Assembly (NCBI GenBank): GCA_024413465.1
Contig: JAKSVU010000002.1
Coordinates: 75,063-139,062, forward strand
Direction of reading: 5' to 3'
Length of the DNA: 64,000 bases
From: Alphaproteobacteria bacterium
GTDB lineage: Bacteria > Pseudomonadota > Alphaproteobacteria > CAAGCB01 > CAG-977
Shown: positions 39,212 through 48,390 of the stretch, one piece after another
Layout: every line of letters starts with the position of its first letter
How positions within the stretch are numbered: the first letter of the stretch is position 1
Position numbers and translations under genes: made by a program
Notes under the pieces: model-generated
What the model was told of the DNA's origin: nothing
The model's database searches: none
What the model saw: only the letters and a program-made list of their open reading frames with translations

Positions 39212-40315
39212 TTATCTGTTGTTTAACTTGTTTTGTAAAGCTTGTTGCATTGCTACGGATTTTTTTGAATCTCTCGTTGTTTTAGGGGCAGATCTAGATC
39301 CGGCACATATCATTGCAGAAGGATCATTTTCTATATTATCAAAAGTTTTTTTGTTTTCAGTCGAATACATTTTCATATAAGACTTGTCTTCTTTTGAAAA
39401 CAAGAAATGAGAACGGAAATTTTTCTCAATCATTTTAATTGATTCAAAACCAGCAGGAGAAAGTGATAGAGCTTCTGGAGAAGTCAAATAATCAGCATCA
39501 ATTTTTTTATTTAATCCTGGTGTTATGAAAATTTTATCTAACACGTCTTGGTTTGATATTTGCCCACGCAAAGAATCAGATTGAGTAAAATTTTGCTCTC
39601 TACCTTTTAAACCATACTTAATCGCATAAATATGATCTTTTTCATAAGATTGTTGATAGTGAGGATAGTTATACCATTCTTTGAAAGCTTTCTCACTTGC
39701 TTTATCCAAATCTCCAGATTCACTCATTTCTTTATCAAAAACTTGATACATTGGGAATTGAGCAACATGGGACAAAACTTCAGGATATTTATCTTTTATT
39801 TGATAAGCAAAACGAGCTTCTTCAGTCCAAGCTGCAGCTTCACAAGCACGATTAAATTTGAATTGGTCTGCAATATTTAATGAAGATGAATCACTTAATA
39901 ATTGATTTGAATCTGTATCTTGAACAGCATGAACCATTTCATGAAATGCAGTCGCAGCCATTCCTGCTATACTAGAATGTTGGCAAGGACATAACATAAT
40001 TCTTTTATTTCCACCAGACATTGATCCATCAGCATCACCACCATAAGCATTAAACGTAAATTTAAAGCCGGCAGCAGCAACTCTATCAATCAAATCTTTG
40101 CCTGCAGGAACGGAAGAAATAACATCAAATACCTGTTTTAATTGTTCTTTTTCAACTTCTTGAGGATCGCGAACATTTCTAACAGTTCTAGAAACATAAC
40201 CTGCCGTCAAAACGTTTTCAAAAGCAACCTTTAAAGTTCCTTCCATATCTTGACGATTAGGAACAGGTTGTTCGACTTCTTTTTTCTTTCCGAATATATC
40301 TGACAAGAAAGACAT
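39212..40315 (-). CDS. HExxHxxQD zincin-like (DUF4157-like) protein, paralog 2 (367 aa)
   Basis: GGNKRIMLCPCQHSSIAGMAATAFHEMVHAVQD. The RBS is AAGGA. Confidence 0.55.
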   Translation of the reverse strand: MSFLSDIFGKKKEVEQPVPNRQDMEGTLKVAFENVLTAGYVSRTVRNVRDPQEVEKEQLKQVFDVISSVPAGKDLIDRVAAAGFKFTFNAYGGDADGSMSGGNKRIMLCPCQHSSIAGMAATAFHEMVHAVQDTDSNQLLSDSSSLNIADQFKFNRACEAAAWTEEARFAYQIKDKYPEVLSHVAQFPMYQVFDKEMSESGDLDKASEKAFKEWYNYPHYQQSYEKDHIYAIKYGLKGREQNFTQSDSLRGQISNQDVLDKIFITPGLNKKIDADYLTSPEALSLSPAGFESIKMIEKNFRSHFLFSKEDKSYMKMYSTENKKTFDNIENDPSAMICAGSRSAPKTTRDSKKSVAMQQALQNKLNNR

Positions 40316-40406
40316 AATTTTATATCCTTATTAACTATAGTTATGTTATATTTATCGCAAATTAATGTTTTTGTCTATAATTTTTTTCTAAAAAGGCGTA
40401 AAAATC

Positions 40407-40622
40407 ATGAAAGAATATAAGGTTGTTGTTTGGTCAGAATCAATGCTTTCGAAATTTTTCTTTGGTGAAGGAAAAGTAAACGAACGCAGTGTCGAAGATT
40501 TGTTGAATAAATATGCTCGTGAAGGATGGGAAGTTAAGACCCTTTCTCGTGAAAATCGCAGAACACTCCTTTTTGCAAAAAGAGAAGCTCTTGTTTTTAT
40601 TTTAGAAAGAGAAGTACGATAA
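40407..40622 (+). CDS. DUF4177-like small protein
   Basis: MKEYKVV....LLNKYAREGWEVKTLS....LLFAKRE matches the DUF4177 pattern. Confidence 0.55.
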   Translation: MKEYKVVVWSESMLSKFFFGEGKVNERSVEDLLNKYAREGWEVKTLSRENRRTLLFAKREALVFILEREVR

Positions 40623-40640
40623 AAAAAAGCAAGATAAAGA

Positions 40641-41135
40641 TTATCTTGCTTTGTCTGCCATTAACTTATTTAAAACGGCTTGGTTTGAACTTTTTGATTC
40701 AATAGGTGAATCAAAATTTTCTGCCATTTTATGTAAAATGTTTAAATTTGGAACAGTGTACGTATGTTGCCCATTTGACATAGGAACGTAATAATCAGAC
40801 CAAACGTCTTTTGCGCCCATTTTTTTCATTTCTTCAGCGATACGACGATCTGCAAATAAATGACATTTTGGATAAAAAACATCCTTGCGTCCCGGAGCAT
40901 ATTCATAACTGGTTAAACAATAAACACCATTATTGTATCCGATGGCTGGAGTTGGATCATCTTTCAATCTGCGAACAGCGGCTTCTTTTTCGGAAAGATC
41001 GACAGAATGAATTCCTTTTTCACCCAAATTGCTGTATTGCATATTTACGTCAAAATCGATAAATAAATTTGCTGTTTTAGGATTTGCTTTGATAAACTTC
41101 TCTAAAAATCCGACGTTTTTTGTATCTATTTCCAT
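40641..41135 (-). CDS. hypothetical protein (164 aa, no recognised family)
   Basis: Good RBS (tGAGGAAtaatt ATG) and soluble composition. Confidence 0.5.
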   Translation of the reverse strand: MEIDTKNVGFLEKFIKANPKTANLFIDFDVNMQYSNLGEKGIHSVDLSEKEAAVRRLKDDPTPAIGYNNGVYCLTSYEYAPGRKDVFYPKCHLFADRRIAEEMKKMGAKDVWSDYYVPMSNGQHTYTVPNLNILHKMAENFDSPIESKSSNQAVLNKLMADKAR

Positions 41136-41153
41136 AATTATTCCTCACAAACA

Positions 41154-42146
41154 ATGTTGAGAAGAATTGTAGAGCATAATCGCAGAAAAGGAAACTATTT
41201 TTTCAAAGGATCCTTAATTCTATCAACATTTTATCCGATTACTATTTATGGAAATGGTGAGAAAAATCAAGTTGATGTATCAATAGAATGTTCTGAAATA
41301 TTTTCAAAAGCAGATAATTTACAAGGGCTCTTATGTAATGCTAAAAATATTATTGAACAGTTTGATGTTAAAGAAAAAGAATTTGTCGATGTTTTAGAAA
41401 TCGCAAAAAGTAATTTAGAGAATTTAGAAAATAGAATATCCTGTGCTGATGAAGATATTAAAATCATTTTAGATAATCGAAAACAGTCTGATCAAGAATT
41501 GAATAATGTACTAGGAATAAAACAATCTTTTGAAAATAATTGCGATAAAGTAAAAGAATTATTGGATGAAAATGAGCAATTGAAAATTGATTTAAAAAAT
41601 CAAATTCAAAGAACAAAAGAGTTAAATCAAAAAATAGAGGATTTGATACCAGGGGCAACATCTGTTGGACTGGCTTCTTCATTTAATAAAAAAGTATCAG
41701 ATTTAACACCATCAAAATATATTTGGTTATCAATTTTTATAGGATGTTTAATTTGGCTATTTATTGTAATTTTAAATATAAATAAGGAAGAATTATCCGG
41801 AGCCAATGATATTCAATACCTTTTTAAAAATATTCCATTTGTGATAGCTCCGATTTGGGGCGGATGGTTTTCTGCAAGAAGTTATGGTCATATTGTTCGT
41901 TTGCAAGAAAAGTATAATTATAAATCGGCAATGTCCATAGCTTTTGAAGGATATAAAAAGCAATTTGCAGATATTAAAACTTCTGAATCCGTGGAAGGAA
42001 TGCTTTCAATATTATCGATGAAAGTATTATCAGATAATCCCTCTGATGTATTTGAACGAGGATGTAATGATGAAACACCTTTTCACAGTATAATTAGTAA
42101 ATTTATAAAAACTTTCTCAAAGAATAAGGAAGAAAATAAAATCTAA
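41154..42146 (+). CDS. hypothetical coiled-coil membrane protein (start uncertain)
   Basis: Long ORF with a coiled-coil-prone middle (ENLENRISCADEDIKIILDNRKQSDQELNN...QLKIDLKNQIQRTKELNQKIEDL) and one TM helix (YIWLSIFIGCLIWLFIVILNI). The annotated ATG is only 18 bp from the divergent gene start and lacks an RBS. Confidence 0.4.
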   Translation: MLRRIVEHNRRKGNYFFKGSLILSTFYPITIYGNGEKNQVDVSIECSEIFSKADNLQGLLCNAKNIIEQFDVKEKEFVDVLEIAKSNLENLENRISCADEDIKIILDNRKQSDQELNNVLGIKQSFENNCDKVKELLDENEQLKIDLKNQIQRTKELNQKIEDLIPGATSVGLASSFNKKVSDLTPSKYIWLSIFIGCLIWLFIVILNINKEELSGANDIQYLFKNIPFVIAPIWGGWFSARSYGHIVRLQEKYNYKSAMSIAFEGYKKQFADIKTSESVEGMLSILSMKVLSDNPSDVFERGCNDETPFHSIISKFIKTFSKNKEENKI

Positions 42147-42192
42147 CAGAAAAATTAGAATGGTAAAATTTACAGAGGTATATAACATTATG

Positions 42193-43962
42193 TTCAAAAA
42201 GTTAAAGCAAAAAATTCTAAGTTTACCGATGTTTGTGAACTATCGCAAGATGTGGCCATACGTTAAACCATATTCTTTTCGCGCTATTTGTGCGGTATTG
42301 GTGACTTTGCCAATTGGTTCATTTGATGCTTTGACAGCTTGGATTTTAAAACCTTATATGGATGTTGTTTTGGTTGAAAAACAGGTAGCTGCAGCGTCTT
42401 TGATGCCATTGGTTATTGTGGCAGGCAGCTTTTTACAAAGTTTTTGCAACTATGCAGCAACATACTTGAATACTTGGGTTGGTCAAAAAATTACAATCAA
42501 GCTGAAAGGTGATTTGTATCATAAATTGTTGGAAAAGGAAGCAAACTATTTTGATCATACTTCCTCTGGCGACATTATTATGAATTTTTCAAAATGTGCA
42601 GAAACAGCTTGTAGTGGATTGTTGGCAAACGTAAAATTGTTCACAACACGTATCTTTTCATCTATTTCTTTGATTGGTGTTTTGTTTTGGAATTCTTGGC
42701 AATTGTCTATTGTTGCTTTGCTTTTTATGTTTGGAGCATTATTGCCATTAACAAAAGTGCGTAAGAAGATAAAATCAATTATGTCAAAACAAATTGGTGG
42801 AATGGCAGCAATAACAACCCATTATAATGAAACGTTTGCAGGAAACCGTATTATTGCTTCGTATAATTTGCATGAATATCAAGAAAAGAAATTTATGAAT
42901 GATCTGACTGGATTGTTCAAAGTTTCTATTAAGATGGTGCAAAAAACAGGAATGTTGTCCCCGATGATTCACTTTATTATTTCTTTGGGGATTGCTGGGG
43001 CAATTTGGTTGGGAAGTTATTTGATTGTTACTCATCAAATCAGTAGTGGTAACTTCGTTTCCTTTATTGCTGCTTTGTTGATGTTATATGGCCCAATCAA
43101 AGGAATTGGAAATACGTTCACCTCTGTTCAAATGTCTTTCATGATGATGGATCAAGTTTTTGCAACTTTAGAAAGTATTCCAACTATTCGCAACGTTGAT
43201 AATCCAGTTCATATTGATGGAGTTCATAAAGATATCGTTTATGATCACGTCAATTTTGAATATATTCCAGGTAAGCCAGTATTAAAAGATATCAATGCCA
43301 AAATAGAAATTGGTAAAATGTATGCGTTTGTTGGTAATTCTGGTGGTGGAAAGACAACGTTTGTCAATTTAATACCTCGTTTTTATGATATTAAGGGTGG
43401 AAGTATTTTAATTGATGGCGTATCTGTTAAAAATATAGATTTACATGATTTAAGAGAAAATATAGCGATTGTGTTCCAGGATAATTTCTTGTTCAATGGA
43501 ACGATCAGAGAAAACATATTATTGGGCAAAAAAGATTACAAAGAAGAAGATTTACAGAAAGCGATTGAATCAGCTTGCTTGACTGATTTTATCAAAACTT
43601 TGGATAAAGGGTTAGATACTGAAATCGGGGAAAGAGGAGTTTTGTTGTCTGGAGGACAAAAACAACGAGTGGCTATCGCAAGAGCGTTTATGAAAAATGC
43701 ACCGATTGTTATTTTGGATGAAGCAACGTCTGCTTTGGATAATAAGTCAGAAGCGATTGTACAACAAGCTATTGATAATTTGATGAAAGACAGAACTGTT
43801 TTAGTGATTGCGCACAGATTATCTACCGTTAAAAATGCTGATAAGATTTTTGTGATTAATGAAGGAAATATTGTTGAAGAAGGAACTCACGAAGAGTTGA
43901 TAGCATTAAAAGGTGAATATGCAGCTTTGTATGAAATGCAATTTAAGACAAAGAAAAATTAA
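42193..43962 (+). CDS. ABC exporter, fused permease/ATPase (second MsbA-like paralog)
   Basis: Six TM helices plus an NBD (GNSGGGKTT, LSGGQKQRVAIARA, ILDEATSALD). ATG 42193 (MFKKLKQ) is preferred over 42160. Confidence 0.8.
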   Translation, partial: FKKLKQKILSLPMFVNYRKMWPYVKPYSFRAICAVLVTLPIGSFDALTAWILKPYMDVVLVEKQVAAASLMPLVIVAGSFLQSFCNYAATYLNTWVGQKITIKLKGDLYHKLLEKEANYFDHTSSGDIIMNFSKCAETACSGLLANVKLFTTRIFSSISLIGVLFWNSWQLSIVALLFMFGALLPLTKVRKKIKSIMSKQIGGMAAITTHYNETFAGNRIIASYNLHEYQEKKFMNDLTGLFKVSIKMVQKTGMLSPMIHFIISLGIAGAIWLGSYLIVTHQISSGNFVSFIAALLMLYGPIKGIGNTFTSVQMSFMMMDQVFATLESIPTIRNVDNPVHIDGVHKDIVYDHVNFEYIPGKPVLKDINAKIEIGKMYAFVGNSGGGKTTFVNLIPRFYDIKGGSILIDGVSVKNIDLHDLRENIAIVFQDNFLFNGTIRENILLGKKDYKEEDLQKAIESACLTDFIKTLDKGLDTEIGERGVLLSGGQKQRVAIARAFMKNAPIVILDEATSALDNKSEAIVQQAIDNLMKDRTVLVIAHRLSTVKNADKIFVINEGNIVEEGTHEELIALKGEYAALYEMQFKTKKN

Positions 43963-43980
43963 TAGAGATGGTTTTTATAG

Positions 43981-44061
43981 CCCCCTCACCAATCTTTTGT
44001 AAGGTTCGTTTTGTTAAAACTCACCAACAAAAGATGTCCTCTCCCTACAGGGCGAGGTGAG
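43981..44061. repeat. nested palindromic intergenic element (REP/terminator-like)
   Basis: Perfect 9-bp inverted repeat atcttttgt...acaaaagat, flanked by ccccctcacc...ggcgaggtgag, between convergent genes. Confidence 0.35.
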
Positions 44062-44072
44062 AATTTTTGATT

Positions 44073-45263
44073 TTATTTTGATATTAACCAATTTAAAACG
44101 TTTAATCGCTTGATGCCATCATAATTTTCGTTTGGTAGATAATCTAGCGTTAGCAGATATTTCGGGTGATTGTCTTTTATGTTTTGAAGTGGTTTTAGTT
44201 CTCGCTTCAAAACGGTTTCATCCAGAATAGTCTGAGATATTTGATAATAAACAGTTTCTTCTTGATTGACTGCCACAAAGTCTACTTCTGTATCGGCTAA
44301 TTTCCCGACGAAAACGGTATACCCTCGTCTAATCAATTCGAGATAAACGATGTTTTCCAATAAATGTCCGGTATCTGATCCTTTTTTACCTAATAAAGCG
44401 TATCTAATTCCAGTATCTACAAGGTAATATTTGTCTCCGCTTTGTAAATATTTTTTACCTTTAATATCATAACGGGAGGCTGGATATAAAATAAAACTTT
44501 CTGTCAAAGCATTCAGATATTTTTCAACTGTTTGAGGAGATATTTTATAACCAGCAGAAGTCATTGTATCACTGATCTTTTTTACAGAAATAACGTTTCC
44601 AACAGTATCAAATATAAATTTTAAAATTCTGAGAACTTCAGAAGTATCTGATATTTTATGACGAACTAAAACGTCTTTGATGACGATGGAATTAAGAATA
44701 TCGGATAAATAATTTTTGATAGAGGCGTCATCATTGATTTGTAACACGAATGGAAATGAACCATATTCTAAATAACGGGCATATTCTGCTTGTAAATTTG
44801 GATTTTCCGTTTTTGAAATAAATTCTTTAAAAGAAAGAGGAAGCATTTTTATTTCAACGTAGCGACCAGATAATAAAGTTGCCAGTTCTCCGGATAATAA
44901 AAAAGCATTTGATCCTGTAACGTAGATATCAAAACCTTCTTGAATATATAAACTATCAATTGCTTTTTGAAAATCTGCTACATTTTGAATTTCATCCAAA
45001 AAAATATAGTTCTTTTTCCCTTTTTGTGCGTGTTTCATTACAAAATCATATAATTTTTTTGGTTCTAATAAATCGCTGAATGCCATATCTTCAAAATTAA
45101 TAGACTGAATTTGTTTGGCAGAAACGCCATTGTTTTTTAAGTATTCTTGAAATAAAAGAAATAGCGTAGATTTACCACAACGCCGAACACCAGTTACGAC
45201 TTTGATTAATTGTTTATCCTTGAAGGTAATCAATTTATTTAAATATTCCATCCGTTCTATCAT
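44073..45263 (-). CDS. AAA+ ATPase with C-terminal DUF4143-like domain
   Basis: Walker A GVRRCGKST, Walker B IFLDEIQ, and a C-terminal region typical of the DUF4143 ATPase family. Confidence 0.7.
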   Translation of the reverse strand: MIERMEYLNKLITFKDKQLIKVVTGVRRCGKSTLFLLFQEYLKNNGVSAKQIQSINFEDMAFSDLLEPKKLYDFVMKHAQKGKKNYIFLDEIQNVADFQKAIDSLYIQEGFDIYVTGSNAFLLSGELATLLSGRYVEIKMLPLSFKEFISKTENPNLQAEYARYLEYGSFPFVLQINDDASIKNYLSDILNSIVIKDVLVRHKISDTSEVLRILKFIFDTVGNVISVKKISDTMTSAGYKISPQTVEKYLNALTESFILYPASRYDIKGKKYLQSGDKYYLVDTGIRYALLGKKGSDTGHLLENIVYLELIRRGYTVFVGKLADTEVDFVAVNQEETVYYQISQTILDETVLKRELKPLQNIKDNHPKYLLTLDYLPNENYDGIKRLNVLNWLISK

Positions 45264-45551
45264 GGTAACCTCTTTGTTATTTTTTTTAATTCTATTTTAA
45301 ATTTTTATAAAAATCAATAAAAGTTTAAATTGTATTTTAAATAATTTCTAATACGTGATGAGGGAAGGTGTCTGGGAATTTGTTGTGATGTTCATCCCCC
45401 TAACATGTGGGAATAAAATTGGCGTCAGGAACTTTGTTCATTCACTCTTAAGGGCAGCGAGAAGATGGATAATAAATCTTTCCGTTAAACTTATTGATTG
45501 TAAAAATGAATTGGTGTAAAATCGCGTAAAATTTTTTTATGAGGTTTTATA

Positions 45552-47033
45552 ATGATTGTAGCTCAAATTAATCCAATTGCCGGTGATTTAGAAGGTAATT
45601 TGGCTAAAATGTTCCACATTGCAGACCAATGTACAACAGCTCCTGGCGAAACTTTAATTTTCCCAGCTTACGCTTTGACAGGGTATCCATTAGGTGATTT
45701 GGCTTGCGAAAAAGACTTTATCGTTCGCGTTCATCAAATGGTTGAAAAATTATTCCACAATGAACATCCGGTTATTACGGCTATTCCTGATGGCAGTGGA
45801 AAAGCGACTCCTGTTATGGTTACTGCTAAAGGTGTTCAATTTGGAACGAAGTTTACCATTATTCCAGGATTGACAGTGGCTGTTTCCGTTGGTTTCGAAC
45901 CAGTCGATTGCGATGGAACAGATAAATTGATTATTTTGGATGCTCAACCATATCGCGTTAGTGGTGCATTAGAAACGTTAGAATATGCTCGTATGTTTGC
46001 AAGTCGTATTCGTTTACCTTTGGCTTATTCCAACTTGGTTGGCGCAAGCGATGGAAACGTCTTTGCCGGCGGTTCATTTATGTTGGATTGTGATGGTGGT
46101 TTCGTTTCTTGTTTGCCTTTGTGGCAAGAAGGTTTCGCTGATATTGGTGAAATTCATTGGCCATGGACAGAAGAACCAGAAAATACTTGGCATGCTTTGA
46201 CAATGGGTGTCAAAGACTTTGTTGCTAAAAATGGATTTAAAGACGTCTTAGTCGGTTTGTCAGGTGGTTTTGACAGTGCTTTGTGTGCTGCAATTGCTGT
46301 TGATGCTGTTGGTGCAAGTCATGTCAAAACAGTTATGATGCCGTCTCCATATACTAGTGAAGATAGTTTGAAAGACGCAAAAGCTGTTGCTGATTGTTTG
46401 GGCGTTTCTTATGACGTTTTGCCAATTAATGATTTGATGAATTGCTTTGACAAGACTTTGTCCCCAATGTTTAAAGGAATGGAAAAAGATACGACAGAAG
46501 AAAATATTCAGGCTCGTATTCGTGGAACGATGTTGATGGCATTGTCGAACAAGTTTAAAGCTTTGTTGTTGTCAACTTCAAATAAATCAGAAGCTGCCGT
46601 AGGTTATTCAACTTTGTATGGTGATATGTGCGGTGGTTTGGCTCCGATAAAGGATTTGTATAAAACTCGTGCGTATGATTTAGCGATTTGGAGAAATAAT
46701 AATCATCCTCGTTGGATCGATAATGATATCAAAAAGGTTATGCCTTATGAATTGATTACAAAAGCTCCATCAGCTGAATTGCGTCCAGATCAAAAAGATT
46801 CAGACAGTTTACCATCTTATGACAAATTGGATAAGATGTTGGAAATGTTTATTGAACAAGATTCTTCTATTGAAGAAGTGATTGCCGCTGGATATGATGA
46901 AAAAGACGTCAAACGCGTGTTCAATTTATTACATAAAGCAGAATTTAAACGCCAACAGAGTGCTGTTGGAATCAAGATGTCCAAACGGTCTTTTGATGCC
47001 GATTGGATTTACCCAATTACGAAAAAGGTATAA
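45552..47033 (+). CDS. nadE: NAD+ synthetase (short CN-hydrolase-like N-domain plus NAD synthase domain)
   Basis: PP-loop SGGFDSA and the NadE C-terminal domain. The RBS is GAGG. Confidence 0.85.
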   Translation: MIVAQINPIAGDLEGNLAKMFHIADQCTTAPGETLIFPAYALTGYPLGDLACEKDFIVRVHQMVEKLFHNEHPVITAIPDGSGKATPVMVTAKGVQFGTKFTIIPGLTVAVSVGFEPVDCDGTDKLIILDAQPYRVSGALETLEYARMFASRIRLPLAYSNLVGASDGNVFAGGSFMLDCDGGFVSCLPLWQEGFADIGEIHWPWTEEPENTWHALTMGVKDFVAKNGFKDVLVGLSGGFDSALCAAIAVDAVGASHVKTVMMPSPYTSEDSLKDAKAVADCLGVSYDVLPINDLMNCFDKTLSPMFKGMEKDTTEENIQARIRGTMLMALSNKFKALLLSTSNKSEAAVGYSTLYGDMCGGLAPIKDLYKTRAYDLAIWRNNNHPRWIDNDIKKVMPYELITKAPSAELRPDQKDSDSLPSYDKLDKMLEMFIEQDSSIEEVIAAGYDEKDVKRVFNLLHKAEFKRQQSAVGIKMSKRSFDADWIYPITKKV

Positions 47034-47038
47034 TTAAA

Positions 47039-48385
47039 GTGATAGTAGTTCGTTTTGCCCCAAGCCCGACGGGATATATGCATATCGGGAATTTGCGTAC
47101 AGCCATGTTAAATTATTTGTTCGCTTTGAACAAAAAACAAGCTGGTGAAGACGTTTCTTTTGTTTTGCGTATGGATGATACAGATCGTGAACGTTCTAAA
47201 CCAGAATATGAAGCTGCTGTTTATGAAGGTTTGAATTGGATGAATGTCAAATGGGACAGATTAGAACACCAATTCCAACGTTTAGAACGCTATAATGAAG
47301 TTTTAGAACAATTACGCAAACAGGGTCGCGTTTATGCTTGCTATGAAACAGCTGAAGAATTGGAATATAAACGCCGTCGCCAATTGGCTCGTAAAATGCC
47401 ACCTATCTATGATCGTGCAGGAATGCATTTGACCGAAGAACAAATTAAGGCTTATGAAGCTGAAGGCCGTAAACCTCATTATCGTTTTGTTTTGGAACAT
47501 AAAGAAATTTCTTGGGACGATATGGTTCGTGGACATTGCACTTATCATGGTGATAAATTGTCTGATCCTATTATCGTTCGTGAAGATGGTACTTTCCCAT
47601 ATATGTTGCCATCAGTCATTGATGATATCGATTTTGGGATTACACATATCATTCGTGGGGAAGACCATGTTACAAATACTGCTGTTCAAATTCAGATGTT
47701 TGAAGCTTTGGGGGCTCCAATCCCAGTATTTGGCCATCCACCATTATTAACAGGTAAGGAAGGTAAATTGTCAAAAAGAACAGGTTCTGTCAGCTTCCGT
47801 GAATTGCGTGCTGATGGTATTGAACCAATGACAATTGCTTGTTTGTTGGCAAAGTTAGGAACTTCTGACGCTGTTGTCGTTGAAAATACGTTGGAAAAGT
47901 TAGCTCCTCATTTTGATTTAACAAAATTTGGTCGTGCTCAACCTCACTTTGATACAGAAGATTTGTTCAAGTTAAATCCTCGTATCGTTCACGCATTAGA
48001 TTTTAATGACGTCAATAATCGTTTGACAAAAGACGGAAAAGAACCTGTCAGTGAACAGTTTTGGAATGCTGTTAGCCCAAATATCGACAAGTTTGCAGAT
48101 ATTTATAATTGGATTGATATTTGTGGTTCGGAAAAAGTATTTGACTTGTCCGCAGAAGATCGTGAATTTGTTCGTCAGTCTGCAGATTTGTTAGAAAATA
48201 AACCTTTTGATGAAACAACTTTTTCAGAATGGACTGCTAAAATTAAAGAAAAAACAGGCCGTAAAGGAAAAGATTTATTTCATCCATTGCGTTTAGCTTT
48301 GACTGGTTTAGAACAAGGTCCAGAATTGAAAATGTTGTTACCAATTTTGGGATATGAAAAAACGATTGCAAGATTAAAAGGATAA
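47039..48385 (+). CDS. gltX: glutamate--tRNA ligase
   Basis: HIGH motif (PSPTGYMHIGNLRTA) and KMSKS-like KLSKR. The GTG 47039 start (VIVVRFAPSPTG) is preferred over the upstream TTG that overlaps nadE. Confidence 0.9.
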   Translation: MIVVRFAPSPTGYMHIGNLRTAMLNYLFALNKKQAGEDVSFVLRMDDTDRERSKPEYEAAVYEGLNWMNVKWDRLEHQFQRLERYNEVLEQLRKQGRVYACYETAEELEYKRRRQLARKMPPIYDRAGMHLTEEQIKAYEAEGRKPHYRFVLEHKEISWDDMVRGHCTYHGDKLSDPIIVREDGTFPYMLPSVIDDIDFGITHIIRGEDHVTNTAVQIQMFEALGAPIPVFGHPPLLTGKEGKLSKRTGSVSFRELRADGIEPMTIACLLAKLGTSDAVVVENTLEKLAPHFDLTKFGRAQPHFDTEDLFKLNPRIVHALDFNDVNNRLTKDGKEPVSEQFWNAVSPNIDKFADIYNWIDICGSEKVFDLSAEDREFVRQSADLLENKPFDETTFSEWTAKIKEKTGRKGKDLFHPLRLALTGLEQGPELKMLLPILGYEKTIARLKG

Positions 48386-48390
48386 TTTTG

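Noticed and set aside
41154-41156. ATG at 41154 as the true start of the coiled-coil membrane protein
   Set aside because: It is only 18 bp from the divergent gene's RBS-supported start and has no Shine-Dalgarno sequence. The ORF is real, but the start is probably downstream or non-ATG.
45264-45551. Long non-coding stretch upstream of nadE containing gatgagggaaggtgtctggg...catccccc, considered as a riboswitch or leader
   Set aside because: I could not recognise any known riboswitch consensus. It doubles as the promoter region of the divergent DUF4143 ATPase gene, so it is left unannotated.
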